A DNA stretch of 57,201 nucleotides from Octopus bimaculoides (lineage: Eukaryota), in the NCBI RefSeq assembly GCF_001194135.2, contig NC_068981.1:10165868-10223068 (forward strand), given 5' to 3'. A model generated the notes under the pieces. That model did not search any database. It was given only the letters and a program-made list of their open reading frames with translations, and had not been told where the DNA came from. Below are positions 1 to 13,295 of the stretch, in pieces. Within the stretch, counting starts at the first letter, position 1. The number at the start of each line of letters is the position of its first letter. Made by a program: the position numbers and the translations under genes.

Positions 1-45
1 GTCAAATGACTGAAACAAGTAAAAGAGTAAAAGAGTAAAAGAGAT
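1..45 (+). mobile_element. 3' tail of SINE family B with short tandem terminal repeats (GTAAAAGA)n
   Basis: gtcaaatgactgaaacaagtaaaagagtaaaagag matches the 3' end of the copy at 14427-14866. Confidence 0.75.
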
Positions 46-56
46 AGATACACACG

Positions 57-410
57 GTTGTTGTTGGCACTCCGTCGCTTACGACGTCGAGGGTTCAAGT
101 TGATCCAATCAACGGAACAGCCTGCTCGTGAAATTAACGTGCAAGTGGCTGAGCACTCCACAGACACGTGTACCCTTAACATAGTTCTCGGGGATATTCA
201 GCGTGACACAGTGTGACAAGGCTCACCCTTTGAATTACAGGCACAACAGAAACAGGAAGTAAGAGTGAGAGAAAGTGTACAGCAGGTATCGCCACCATCC
301 CCTGCCGGAGCCTCGTGGAGCTTTAAGTGTTTTTGCTCAATAAACACTCACAACGCCCGGTCTGGGAATCGAAACGGCGATCCTACGACCGCGAGTCCGC
401 TGCCCTAACA
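57..410 (-). mobile_element. tRNA-derived SINE, family C (tRNA-Arg-like head)
   Basis: The minus strand reads gttagggcagcggactcgcggtcgtaggatcgccgtttcgattcccagacc (tRNA-like, B-box GTTTCGATTCCC, TCG at the anticodon position). The body is near-identical to 43610-43901 and partly to 48805-49015. Confidence 0.85.
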
Positions 411-884
411 CACAAGCATACATATATATTCTCGGTAAAATTCCTCTCGGTATCCCATGCTTTTTGTACGATGACCAAAGTGTTAGATTAGATAAAATCA
501 GATCAACATAGACAAATGAATACATAATAAAGATATTGTAATTTTTTTTTTTTTGATAAAATATATATTTGCTAAACATTCCTTTATGTAATATTCAGTT
601 AGATTTTTCTTTGCGTTGTGCTTCCAAGAAGAGGAAAGATTATAAAAAGACTAATCTAACTAACTGCTAATTGTGTTTACAATATATTTCAACTCGTTGT
701 TAAAAAATTACTAAAATACTTAGAACTATGAAATGATAAATTGGTTTACTGCTTACTTATTGCTTATATACCTAACAACCATTCATGAATTGTATAAACC
801 ACATCTAATTTTTTTCATAGCTAATAAAAATACATCTCTGGAAATTACTATATTTTGCAAAAATCGGATATTTGTTGTCTATTA

Positions 885-1161
885 CAGGGGTTTTCAAACT
901 GTGGTCCGCAAGGACAAGACAGGGGGTCCGTAGACAGCAAATACTTTTTATGGGCAATTTGATTTTATATATGTTTTTTAGTCGAAATCTTTTAATTGAT
1001 AATAAACCTATTTGTTAAATACTGTTAAATATATAAATGCAAAAATATGTTATTTTAAGCAAACATTTATGTATAAATTTCATAAGTGTTTATAAGGGGG
1101 TCCCTAAGGTAAAGCCTGAAATATAAAGGGGTCAGCAAGTCAAAAAGTTTGAAAACCCCTG
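885..1161. mobile_element. hAT-superfamily (Charlie-like) MITE, 277 bp
   Basis: Perfect 16-bp TIRs CAGGGGTTTTCAAACT (885-900) and AGTTTGAAAACCCCTG (1146-1161). Exact 8-bp target-site duplication GTCTATTA at 877-884 and 1162-1169. Confidence 0.95.
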
Positions 1162-1559
1162 GTCTATTATACCGTCAAATTTACCTTTGTTTTAGGCTCC
1201 TATATCTAAATTTATCTATTTCCAGTGTTTTGTTGATTCAAGCTAACATTTATAGTTTCCACACAGAGATCATTATACATACAATTTCGTAAAATATTAT
1301 AATGCAATGCCTGAACATTGAAAGGTGGGAACGAAATGTCAATAGCACTTGGCTAGAGTTCTTTGGAGTCGATGACTGCTGAATACGGCGTGGAATAGAT
1401 GACGTCAACTTGTAATATTGCTCACATGTGGTGGAAGCTAAGACGTTCTCGACAGTGACCTTCAGGTTCTCTTTGATAAAAACAGATAAAGATCATTTCC
1501 GAGTCATATGGACTAATGGGGCCGGTTTCCCGGTTACCGTGACGCTTATGTTTAAACCT

Positions 1560-1740
1560 CTGGACGGGAGGCCAGTCCGTCGCAGGAAATGCTCATTTTC
1601 TTCAGCTGACTGGACTGGAGTAACGTGAAAGTAAGTGTTTTGCTCAAGAACACGACGCATCGCCCGGTCCGAGAATCGAAACCACAATCTTACAATCATA
1701 AGTCCAACACCCTAACCATTGAGCCACGCACCTCCACTTT
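1560..1740 (-). mobile_element. tRNA-derived SINE fragment with CORE/V-like central motif
   Basis: Minus-strand head with gtttcgattctcggacc B-box followed by gtgttcttgagcaaaacacttactttcacgttactccagtcc. A related degenerate copy lies at about 28440-28570. Confidence 0.65.
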
Positions 1741-3399
1741 TGGTAACTAGGGGGCAAGTTTGCCGTCTTTTCTTCTTTTTCTTTGTTTTTCAATTATAAT
1801 CACTATAAGGTTCATGTCAGATAGGTTACCTAATGAAAGAAAGTATGTTATTGTGGTGACCACCAAATCAGGCATTGGATGCTTCGGTATTGAGTGCAGG
1901 TGCCAAATCTTGCTGGAATGCAAATTCGATATCACCAAGCAGTCTGTTGTTTAAGGGAAACATGAAAACGCTTCCAGTGTTTGTGGACCGCTGCATTGAT
2001 TGAGACCCCGAAGAAACAAAGTGGTTCAACTCTTGCAAAGGACATGCTTCCCCATCCTACCCCACAGGTATCACTTAGTGCAGGAATATGACACTGGACG
2101 TAAAACAGCGGCGTCGCAGGGTTTCGAATAGGGCTAGACTATTGATCCTTTTGGTATCTTACATCAACAAACTAATTAAATGAGATTAGTTTAGAGTTAG
2201 TTGGTAAACCTAAGATAACTGAACATTTCACCTAATCCCTAAACTGACAACAAATATCTAATTTTTACATTGTAATTTATTATTTTGAGATGAACCTGTA
2301 TTTGTGGTTTTCATTGTTATTTCTCTTTCACTTTCAAGCCTTCAAAAGAGATATTCGAGCATGTAGTGTTATTTATTAACACAAGAATTTGTCAATATTC
2401 TTTATTTATTTATTTTGTCTAAACGAGATTAGTAGTCAATGACATATCCGTATATTTTTCTTTCTAAAACAGATTACAGTTTTATGCCAATTGATTGAGA
2501 TATATACGCTTTTTACGTGGTTAAAGAGAGCCTTGGTCTTCGAATAATCATTTTGTCTTATTGCCCCGTCGTAAATAAAATAAATCAGTGAGAACAAGGA
2601 AATAGTTGGAAGAAGCTCACTTCCATGTCATCTCGACCTGTCGCAGTGTTGTTTTATAATATTAAATTACTTTAATATCTTTTGGTCTGTGTTTGAAATT
2701 GCCTGCCATTTATTATTCATTACTTTGCAGATAAAACTGATAACTTATGTAAAATTTTATCACATACTGAATCAAAGTCTATTGGTAGATGAAAATAACA
2801 CAATAGATTCGGCGCAGGATTGAAAGAAATTTCATATCGCCGAGAAAGTTGAATATATTTCTAATGTTGTCATATTTGTTTCTTCAAACGAGATATATTA
2901 CTCCTTCTCTCTCAAAAACCTTCAAAGTCAACAGAAGCTTAAAGTATAATATTTCTGCGGGATGATATTTCTGTTATCGAATTTTAAGTTTTACGTCATG
3001 TGATTATTATTCCTTAGACATTAACTGACAGCAATATTTAAAGGATTTTACTTCATATCTTTTACATATATATATATATATTTCCTATTTCGCCTTCTCT
3101 TCCCCATCTCACTCTTTCACCTCCTTTTATTCGTGAGTTGAAATCACTTTGTTGTTAAAAGCATGTTTTGTAACCGAACCAAGTATCTTGATAAACTACT
3201 TTTCCGAATATCTTGTAACATGATAGTTTCAATTATCAAACATTCAATAACACGTTCGGATTGAACATTAATACCGAAAAAAGATTGCAAACAATTTTAT
3301 TTTATATCTATATTTAATATTATTGTTATTATTATTGTTGTTGTTCTTCTTCTACTTCTTCTTTTTCCCCCCTTCGTTTCTTCCCCTCTGCCTCCTCCT

Positions 3400-3442
<43 letters not shown>

Positions 3443-3547
3443 CTTTTTCTTTTTGTCATGTTATTTCATTTACGCACTACAGATTAGACTATTGGAAAAA
3501 ATTCCTAACATCGAGGTACAAGCAACCTTAGATGCCAAGAACCTTTC

Positions 3548-3583
<36 letters not shown>

Positions 3584-4748
3584 ACCAATTTGTTGATTTC
3601 TCAGTGGAAAAGTAAAATACAATTTTCTTTCATTCTGAAAATTGAACTCGTGTTTTGCGGGCTGATACATTATCTTTCAAATACGTTACATAACAACATT
3701 TACCTTTCAGCTAAACATGAAAATCTTCTCAGAAAAGAAATGCCTAACCATAACTTGAAGACGAAATCCGACACTAAGCTATATTTCTTTCTCGAAGCTA
3801 ACGTTTTACTCTTCAAAGTTGCAAGTGCAACTGTTTAGACATAATTCATTGAATGTTAACAATACCAAACAACGGCACCGACTCTGTTTAGCGGAACAAA
3901 TCCAAAAATGATAAAATCCTTTTAGGCAGCGAACTGGCCGAGTCGTTAAAGTGATGAACAGAAAGCTTCACAGTAATTGTTCCGGCTCTCTACTCTATGA
4001 GTTCAAATCTCGATAGGGCCAACTTTGCATTTCATGCTTTTGGGATCATTAAACACTAACAATCGGGTTGAATGCCGTGTGGTGTTTATTCCGGTCCATT
4101 GCATTCTGAGTTCAATTTCCACCATAGCCTACTTGGATGGTAGACATAAATTTGTCGCCTATTTTAATACTGTCACCTTCCCCTACCAACTTTTAGCGGA
4201 GTCCTCTCTGTTGAAGCACTTGGGCTAAGTTTTCTGTTATAGGATTCTTTCCTCCCTCCCTCGCTTCCTCCTAGTAGTCTATGAGACCCTGTCAGGGGCC
4301 ATGGGCATTGCCTTTAATTCTAGCTAAAAGCTAAAACATGAACTTGTAAGTTAGTTCCGGTTGATGCATAGTCGACTGAGCCAAGCCTCTGTACATGACT
4401 ACTGCTCATTTTATTGACTCAGAAGGATGAAACGCATTGTCAACCTCGATCAAATTCAGAACATAGAGAAATGAAACAAGACACTGGAACGGGATTCTAC
4501 CTTCTTGAAAGAAGATAACCAAGAAAAAGTACATGACAAGGATTACTAGTGAACTGCAATAGGATCGCACTGATAGTGCCGATATGCCTGACTAGGATGT
4601 TAAACTGAGAAAAAAGTGCTACCAAACCAGTAAAAGATTCTCTCTCGTCTACTACGAGTATACAACTAAAACAAAACAAGTATACTCGTTTTCCTAATGA
4701 ATAACGTATCAAAGAACTTTATATAAGTTATATAAGACCGTGTAAGCA

Positions 4749-6305
4749 TATATGTTGAATTACATCAATGTATAAAGGATAGAAGTGGGTGCAAATTGTA
4801 AATACGAGAACGTCACGTTTTAATCAGGATAAAATTACGCAGTACATAAATGGATATTAAATCAGTGAACTAGAAGCAAGATGGAGGTTGCCAAAATGCT
4901 AAATACAAGCTGAATCACATCCCATGACTCGACTTCCGCTAGTACATATTGATCAATGATAGCCAGTTGGTTTACATCGAAGGCGCTGAAAGAGAGACAT
5001 TTCAAAATGACCAACAAAGAAACACTGCGCCCACAAATAGTTCAGACTAAATGACAAAGCTGAGGCTGACAGTCAATGTTTCTACTTAAAAATTCTGCAC
5101 AGTTATGTCTGACAAAAGGACAACAACATGAAAGCAAGGAATATGTAGACGAGATAAAATACTCCCCTAAAATTATTGTTATTGCATGTACAAAGAGCCA
5201 GAAGCTGTGTATTACCTTATATTATATTATATTAAAGAGTAAAGTTTATTTGCCAAGGTAAAGTGGCAGTCCTGATTAGGACGGTGTTGCTACCTTTTTA
5301 AGCCCCAGGAAAACATCTTTTCGAGCTGACTATCGACACACATCTACGTCCTTATACCTCGAACAAGGGAGCTAATGTCCCCATTCAGCCTTAAACGGTA
5401 CATGCGGACCAATGGTTTCTGGGTTACTTCTTTTCACTGACACAGGATAACTGTTGGCTAGAGATGGCAGCACTAGACCTTGTTTGAGGTATATACTTTT
5501 AAAGTGACACACAATCACTGATCTCGTAAGGAGAAAAACAATTAGTTTTAAATTTGAGCGAGAAATAAGAAGTAACAGTACTACAGAGTAAAGTCTATTT
5601 GCCAACGTAAAGTGGTAGTTCCGATTAGGACAGTGTTACTACCTTTTTTAGCCCCAGGAAAACGTCTTTTCCAGCCGGCTATTATATTATAGTATATTAC
5701 ATTATATTATATCATATCATATCGTATATCACCATATATGTATGTATGCATGTATGTGTGTATGCATGCTTATTCATACATATACATACATACATACATA
5801 CATACATACTTAATATAATGATATATAATATAATATAAGGTAATACACAGCTTCTGGCTCTTTGTACATGCAATAACAATAATTTTAGGGAGTATTTTAT
5901 CTCGTCTACATATTCCTTGCTTTCATGTTGTTGTCCTTTTGTCAGACATAACTGTGCAGAATTTTAAAGTAGAAATATCGGCTGTCAGTTTCAGCCTTGT
6001 CATTTAGTCTGAACTATTTGTGGGTGCAGTGTTTCTTTGTTGGTCATTTTGAAATGCCACTCTTTTAGCGCCTTCGATGTAAACTGACTGGCTATCATTG
6101 ATCAATATGTACTAGCGGAAGTCTAATCATGGTATGTGATTCAGCTTGTATTTAGCATTCTGAAAACCTCCATCTTGCTTCTAGTTCACTGATTTAATAT
6201 CCATTTATGTACTGCGTAATTTTATCCTGATTAAAACGTGACGTTCTCGTATTTACAATTTGCACCCGGTCCTATCCTTTATAAATTTATGTAATTCAAG
6301 ATATA
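4749..6305. repeat. Long inverted repeat (about 480-bp arms, 4749-5232 and 5824-6305) with about 590-bp spacer; fold-back-like structure
   Basis: Read by eye, the arms are reverse complements with scattered substitutions, e.g. gcaaattgtaaatacgagaacgtcacgttttaatcaggataaaattacgcagtacataaatgg versus its reverse complement at about 6200-6262. The spacer holds a direct repeat of about 100 bp (5236-5330 / 5586-5680) and (ATATT)n tracts. Confidence 0.92.
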
Positions 6306-6761
6306 GTTCACAGAGTTTATGTAAGAACTAAGTTTAGTATTGTTGTAGCAGTTGTACGTATTCTTGGTATATTAGTTGTAGGATGACATTACATTCTGGT
6401 ACTCAACTTGATGATTACTCACTTCACATATTTGACAATGACACTTTCTGTAAAAAGTTTATTCCTTTCTGCTAGCTGTTATGTCACCTGCAAAGTCTTT
6501 AAGAAAGCCTTTGAGGCTTCTATTGTCATTGGACAGGATGTATCCGGACACGCTTCAGTACAGGCTTTATGAATCTGAAGATCTTTTTTTTTTTTTACAA
6601 TATGCTGTAATATATATACATATGAATGTTAACTTATATTGTTCTTATATTTAGGCAGGTACAAGTGAATCTCCACCCCAAAATATCGAGGATGACACAG
6701 TTTGTATAATTACCAATTTGCAAGCTGCCTGCTGCTCCATCTCTGGCTGGATGTCTGCCTG

Positions 6762-6764
<3 letters not shown>

Positions 6765-6820
<56 letters not shown>

Positions 6821-6840
6821 TCCTTTCATTTTCTCCCTCT

Positions 6841-6888
<48 letters not shown>

Positions 6889-7181
6889 TCTATCTCTCCT
6901 CTTTATTCTGATTGTATTTTTTCTCTTCCCTTCTTTCGCTCCCACTCTATCTAGCCGTCTGTTATTCTTCATCTCTTTCCCTAATTGGATTCCCCTCTCG
7001 ATTTCCCTTTCTCAATAATTCGTGTAATTTATCTCATTTCTTCTCGATTCTTTCTCTACTTTTCTCTTTCTCTCTCTCTCTCTCTCTTACTGCTTCTTAC
7101 GCTCGTCACCTCCTTTCCCTCTTCATATCCCGTTATCTTTTCCTAAGCCTGAAGACTCCCCCATCTTTATTTTATCTCTCT

Positions 7182-7217
<36 letters not shown>

Positions 7218-7310
7218 ATCTCCCTCTCTTTCTCACTCCCTCTCTCTCCCTCTCTCTCACTCTTTCTCACTCCCTCTCTCTCCCTCTCTCTCACTCTTTC
7301 TCACATCACT
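6765..7310 (+). repeat. (CT)n microsatellites and long polypyrimidine block
   Basis: Directly visible (CT)n runs in near-pure pyrimidine sequence. Confidence 0.9.
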
Positions 7311-7561
7311 AAATCATACAGCGACGTCACTACGCAGTTGGACAAAAGGTCATCTGGCTATGTTCTGTTACCGTCCAATACAGTGAATTTTCGAATAATG
7401 CCTTTCATTGTGAGGTAAATGTACACAAACGAGGTAACGAACCTGAACATTTTTGGAATTCAAAAATAACTCGTTAACCTCCAGTGCTAAGCTCGATTCC
7501 TAATAATGGATGTTCTATTAATATAATATACTTACCTTGGTACAATTAGTCATATGTAGAT

Positions 7562-7563
7562 GG

Positions 7564-7627
<64 letters not shown>
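7562..7627. repeat. (TG)n microsatellite abutting a 10-N gap
   Basis: Directly visible. Confidence 0.95.
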
Positions 7628-8004
7628 NNNNNNNNNNTTTTTGAATAAAGAGAGTTCCTTGTGTTTGTAAATATGTGGTTGAGTTGGTGCGTTGGCTGAA
7701 CTGACGATGCATACAACCAAGTGCGGGCATCTATTCGCATAAGGATCTCAGATGGAGGATTTGGGGAATGTCTTACAAATCTTCACTGTGCCACTAATAG
7801 ATTGGATTTGGAGAATCAGCCTCAGTTTCTTTTGCTCTTTCTCCGTGAAACCGAGAACATCTAGGCTTTTGTGCAAATTTTTTGGTGCATAACATAATGC
7901 ACCTATGATGGTAGGTACAAATGAGAATTCATAGTCAGGGTAAAAGATCTATAAGTTTCGCATTAATTCGCCATAAATGTTCTCTTTTCCTGAACTTTTG
8001 ATTC

Positions 8005-8550
8005 ATCATCATCATCATCATTATTTAACGTCCACCTTCCATGCTAGCATGGGTTGGACGATTTGATTGGGGACTGGCGAACCAGATGGCTACACCAGAC
8101 TCCAATCTGATCTGGCAGAGTTTCTACAGCTGGATGCTCTTCCTAATGCCAACCACTCCGAGGGTGTAGTGGGTGCTTCTTACGTGCCTCCGGAACGAGG
8201 GCCAGTCCGGCAGTACTGGCAACGACCACGCTCAAATGGTGTTTTTTACGTTCCACCTGCACAAGAGACAGTTCAATGTTTTGTTCACATGCCACCGGCA
8301 CAAGTGCCGGTAAGGCAAAACTGGAAACGATCAGTCTCAAAAATGGTAGTGATCTTGCTTGGGTGGTGCTGTTAGCGCTCCACTGGCACGGGTGCCAGTC
8401 ATCAAATTTGGTTCAGTTTCAATTTCGATTTCACTTGCCTCAACAGGTCTTCGCAAGCAGGGTTTTTGTGTCCAAAGAAGGAAAGGTACGCATAAGTGGG
8501 CTGGTTACACCCCTGGTAAAGGTCACGGGTTATGATTGTACATTCATATC
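8005..8550 (-). mobile_element. Non-LTR retroposon 3'-end-like repeat with (CAT)n tail
   Basis: Begins with (TCA)n, followed by GC-richer repeat-like sequence (ccatgctagcatgggttggacg...tttctacagctggatgc...aaccactccgag). Family not assignable from sequence alone. Confidence 0.5.
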
Positions 8551-8559
8551 GGTTGTACA

Positions 8560-9110
8560 GTTGACCTCCACACCAATGACTTTTGTTCTCTGTCCCACAG
8601 AACAGTAATAGGCTTGTTATGTTTGCACCAAATTGATGTTTTCATTGGGGTATTCCACCAGCATTCCTTATTTTCAAAGGTGTGAATACCTTCTGGTTCT
8701 GACATGCCTTCCAAGTATACGTTAAGGCAGTCCTTCCTGCCGATAGTGTTGTAAATAGTCTTTGCAACTATATTATGCCTCGCCTCGGCGGCAGACAGTA
8801 TCTCGTTGACATTTTGGGGAAGCTGCTGATGATGGGGGTGATATCTTCCACACTGCTATGTCAGAGCCGACATTTTCCATCACAACGTGGAAGTCTGGTA
8901 GTATCTTTGTCTCTCTTGTGTTTCAGGTATTTAGTAGCTATCTCCTGTTCCTGGATAGCGAAAGCGTATCCTTTTGAGTGGGATGTTATATATCTATCGC
9001 TGGTCCAGGAGAGGCTGCTCTTACTGTCAAAGTAATTGTTGCCCTCTAGCTTACAGGATATGAACACATGCATTGCTTTTTGCAGGTAAAATGCCTGTTT
9101 CTCCTCCAAG
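8560..9110 (-). pseudogene. R4/Dong-like (RLE-type) non-LTR retrotransposon C-terminal fragment, degenerate
   Basis: Minus-strand translation across frameshifts: GYAFAIQEQEIATKYL...KCRL*HSSVEDITPIISSFPKM...RHNIVAK...ECWWN...KHNKPI.VLWDRE. This is a decayed CCHC knuckle plus restriction-like-endonuclease region. Confidence 0.7.
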
Positions 9111-9784
9111 CTTCTGTTTAGATAAAATTCTTCGATTAAAATTCTTCAAAGTGGTACCCCAGCATGGCCGCAGCCTAATGACTGAAACAAAAAATAAGAT
9201 ATACACGCACACACATATACACTTTCATATATATGTGTGTGTATGTATGAATATATGTGTATATTATATAGATATATATTTGTACATGTAAATATACATT
9301 TGTGTGTACACAAATACACACTCACACACGAAATATGTATATATGCATATGTTTATTTACGTATGTCACCCACATCTTCATATTGTTTGTTACGTTTATA
9401 TTCCTATCGTTATTAACGTATCACTTTTTACGTATTCACTTGCGTATTTATATCCACGTCAATGACCAAATATTGACACTTGAATATTGTTCTGTCGTCA
9501 TATATTCTTAGCCCACTGGTTTAATTTATTCACACGCAACTTTTGCCATGGCGTCTTTCTGTCATCTGAACAGACACATTCTCACATCAACTTCGTTCTG
9601 TATATCGTTACTCTACGCATTCAAATATATCTTATCAGTCAATAGATTTTGTCTATATGTGAGCATCGTTAATGTTAAACCATTTATTTGCTACGGTGAA
9701 GGAATGATCTTACTATGCAAAGGTTATTGGGATCCCCTTAAAACATTAAATTTTTATTCTCTCCAGCACAACGTGGAGAATATA

Positions 9785-10050
9785 CCACCAGTAGTTAAGA
9801 GCGCAGGCTACTAACCCCAAGATTCTGAGTTAGATTCCAGGCAGTGGACCTGAATAATAATAATAACAATAATAATATCGAAAAATACCTGAGGAATGAG
9901 AACCCGGGTTCGAAATTTCCCCAAGACATCCGATGAAGGTCGGAGGGTATATCAGCCGAAACGTTGTGTTAACAACAAACAAGATGAGGATAAATGTCCG
10001 TCTAATGTAAATAAGGTACATAATTCCTCATCACTTAAATATAGAATTGT
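9785..10050 (+). mobile_element. tRNA-headed SINE (family D) with hammerhead-like, Penelope-like tail; core mutated in this copy
   Basis: Head gtagttaagagcgcaggctactaacccc...gagttagattccaggc, then (AAT)n, then gacatccgatgaaggtcggagggtatatcagccgaaacgttgtgtt. Homologous to 29742-30030. Confidence 0.8.
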
Positions 10051-10149
10051 ATTACCACTAGCATTGCCCAAACGACCTTAACATCAGATTCAGAACTCAT
10101 TCAAAGCTGGGGTTACATGCCCTACGTGCACAATTCAGATTCGCAACAC

Positions 10150-10310
10150 ATTAATTCACTGCAACACAATTTCTTTTCCTTGTGGCCCAAAACAAATTAA
10201 AGTAAAAAAAGATCCTATTATCTTCAAACGAAACCGGGACAAATTTCTTCAAATGATACCTGATAAGTCACCTATATTTGAAGACATCTCAGTCAACAAG
10301 CATTCCCTAC
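10150..10310 (+). pseudogene. Possible CR1/L2-like LINE 3' fragment
   Basis: Translation IFKRNRDKFLQMIPDKSP resembles the FKxxLDKFLxxIPDxP motif at the end of invertebrate CR1/L2-group ORF2; short and degenerate. Confidence 0.4.
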
Positions 10311-12254
10311 TTGTATGGTTGATGATAGCACGAAACTTATCTTTAAAATGACTTAACAGATCCCATCAAGTGGTGCTATTAATTTAGACATGTCCAGTGC
10401 GAATCATATCTAAGTTATATGCTACACTGTTTTGGATTGAATACTTTGTCTTTTAGAAACTCAAACTCAAAAATGTGCGCATGCGTGTTCCCCACTCCTT
10501 ATGACTGGACGTGTTCTTCATAGATCTGGCCAGTCGGAAGCTGAAGAAACAGAATTCAACACAGCTAAGCTATTCAACTAGAAAGTACCTAGATTTTCTT
10601 TTGTTTTTTGTTTTTTTTTTGTTTTGTTTTTTACAAGCACGTGGAAAAGCTTGGTGCTGTACTGGTAAATAGGTGTAGAACGCTAACTAGTCCCATAGCA
10701 ACATGTCAGGCGTCGCGCCGACAACCTGTTAACCAGCAGCAAATTGCGCCTGCCTTGGTTTCACCATCTGACCTCATTCCACGCAACCTTACTTCAGAAA
10801 ATCTGAATTCACTACAACAGATTACCAGAATCTGCTTGAAAAGATTAATGCTAGTGCTACTACATCAGGAACATTGTCCAAAGATTCTCCTCAGCTCCGT
10901 CGCGTGACTTTTAGAGCGACCCCTGCAACTTTTCGTTTCGAGTCCCCATCCCTTCAATCAAAATTCATAATCTACGCACCTTTTATTCATAGCTATATTT
11001 TACTTTATTCTATCCGAAGTTCAATATTTCACGTTATCCTAAAGAATATCTTTAAAAGTACAAGTTAAATTTATTTAGGTCTATTACGAATTTCAATACG
11101 TAAAACTTCCAGATATGAATAAAAGAGCACTTTTATAATCCAGGCAATTTTCAAAGACAAACACGGTGCACATTTCACTTCGCGAAATCATCGATCAGTT
11201 TAGAATAATCAAGCTGAGAGCTAAGTTCATGTTCAATAAATATCATAAACAATCCACAAAGCCTGGTACACATTCGTGGTACAATGTAATAGCTTTAGAA
11301 GAACTATTGCGGGTACAATGTATTACCATTTTATTTCTTGAAATTTTCAGTTTACATGGATATTTTAATTCTTGTTTAACATCGTAACCAAAGTAAACAG
11401 ATGAATCATCTACATACTTTGATCTTAACATGGGGCCCCTCAACCGTGGAGGCCCCCTGCGATCGCAGGGATTGCAGGGGCTTAGCGACGGCCCTGATTC
11501 TCCTTCACCTTACATACCAAAACAGAAAAAAACTTCTACTTCAAAAACCTGCTAATATCATTCTCAAAGTAATCGTAAATTTGAACTTAGAGGTAGCAAC
11601 AACAAAGGCGGCCTCTCTTTCTCTCATGTTCCCTTATGCTACAGGCTTATAAAGAACATTTCTCCATATGGTATAACGGGAAAATTCTTTCCTACCAACT
11701 TTGCCCCCAATGGTGTCGCGAATACAGAGTCCATGACCCTAATCATAAATATGGATGCTCAAAAGCTGTGCCTTCTCCCATCATAAATTCTGCCAGAATT
11801 TTTCTCTTTTAGAATATGCCTGAACCGGGAATCCAATGCCACCATCTGGAAGGCAGAAAACGAATGAAAAACAAACAGCAAAACGGTGGTTGCAACAAGC
11901 ACAAAATATTACCACAATCCACCTGCTAACATTAACCAGCGAATATATATATATATATATATATATATANNNNNNNNNNNNNNNNNNNNNNNNNNNNNNN
12001 NNNNNNNNNNNNNNNNNNNNNNNNNNNNNNNNNNNNNNNNNNNNNNNNNNNNNNNNNNNNNNNNNNNNNNNNNNNNNNNNNNNNNNNNNNNNNNNNNNNN
12101 NNNNNNNNNNNNNNNNNNNNNNNNNNNNNNNNNNNNNNNNNNNNNNNNNNNNNNNNNNNNNNNNNNNNNNNNNNNNNNNNNNNNNNNNNNNNNNNNNNNN
12201 NNNNNNNNNNNNNNNNNNNNNNNNNNNNNNNNNNNNNNNNNNNNNNNNNNNNNN

Positions 12255-12293
<39 letters not shown>

Positions 12294-12400
12294 TTCACCG
12301 TCTCATGTGTTCTCCCTTTCTCCTCCCTTTTCTTTCTATAATATTAAATACGTCTTCCTTTTTGTAATCCTTCTTTCTCTGTATATTTTTTCACTCTCTC

Positions 12401-12538
12401 CCTCTCTCCTTCTCTCTACCCCTCTCTCCTTCTTTCTATCCCTCTCTCCTTCTCTCTACCCCTCTCTCCTTCTCTCTATCCCTCTCTCCTTCTCTCTACT
12501 CCTATCTCCTTCTTTCTATCCCTCTCTCCTTCTCTCTT
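12401..12538 (+). repeat. 20-bp pyrimidine minisatellite (CCTCTCTCCTTCTYTCTAYC), about 7 copies
   Basis: Tandem units directly visible within a long CT-rich block (12255-12840). Confidence 0.85.
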
Positions 12539-12601
12539 CCTTTGGCTCTCAGTCTACCTTACAGTCTGACATTCTCCATCTCTTCCTGATTTTGCTCTTC
12601 A

Positions 12602-12636
<35 letters not shown>

Positions 12637-13039
12637 TTTTCTCATCTTTTGCGATTGTTTTCCTTTCTATTCCATATCTCTCACTCTCATACTACTCTCT
12701 CTGTCGTATACTTGGAGATTTCCTCTTCTCTTCCTCCCCCCATTGCCTCCACTTTCTCGCCCCTCTAACATCTATCTTTCCCACATTCTCTCTCTTTCAT
12801 TTCTCTCTCTTCCACTCTCACTCTCTCTCTCTCTTAGTCAACAATTAAACATTATCAAACAAACTAACACTTATTTCAACTTTCAATGGCGATACACAGC
12901 AAAGAGATACAATATTCAGTCATCTGAAGAGCTATAAGAGATCTTAGCAAAACCAATAAAGTATTCATCGTCTCCATCTTGAGAAATTGTTCCGCTTTCC
13001 AACGTTCTGGTAGCAGGAACAATAGAAACCATATGCAAT

Positions 13040-13295
13040 AATGTATACATACACCTTAGAATATAACCACCCCGCGATACCATCAAACACACTCAAGAAA
13101 TTATGAAGATATTTCTGGACAGAAATATCCTTATGTTGTCTAGAAAACAAAGTATCATATATAAAAGATGGAGAAGCCATGCGGTCAGTCTTAGGAGCCA
13201 TGTTCACAGAGGCATTCTACATGACTACGATAGGTAACAAAGTGGTACAGTGACATAAGCGTATGATATACATCAAGTGTTTGAGTGATATACTA
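13040..13295 (+). pseudogene. Penelope-like reverse transcriptase fragment, degenerate
   Basis: Translation ENKVSYIKDGEAMRSVLGAMFTEAFYM...YIKCLSDIL resembles the PLE RT motifs YxQxDGxAMGSxLG..FM and YxRYxDDI. Confidence 0.5.

Noticed and set aside
57-410. tRNA genes at SINE heads (here and at 14427, 29965-30030, etc.)
   Set aside because: Only partial tRNA-like A/B-box regions fused to repeat bodies; no complete cloverleaf with acceptor stem.
6655-6760. Possible exon after ...atatttAG
   Set aside because: No recognisable protein motif; it runs into (CT)n with no convincing donor.
8067-8608. Overlapping ORFs 8067-8375 and 8276-8608
   Set aside because: They lie within a retroposon-like repeat and have no recognisable domain.
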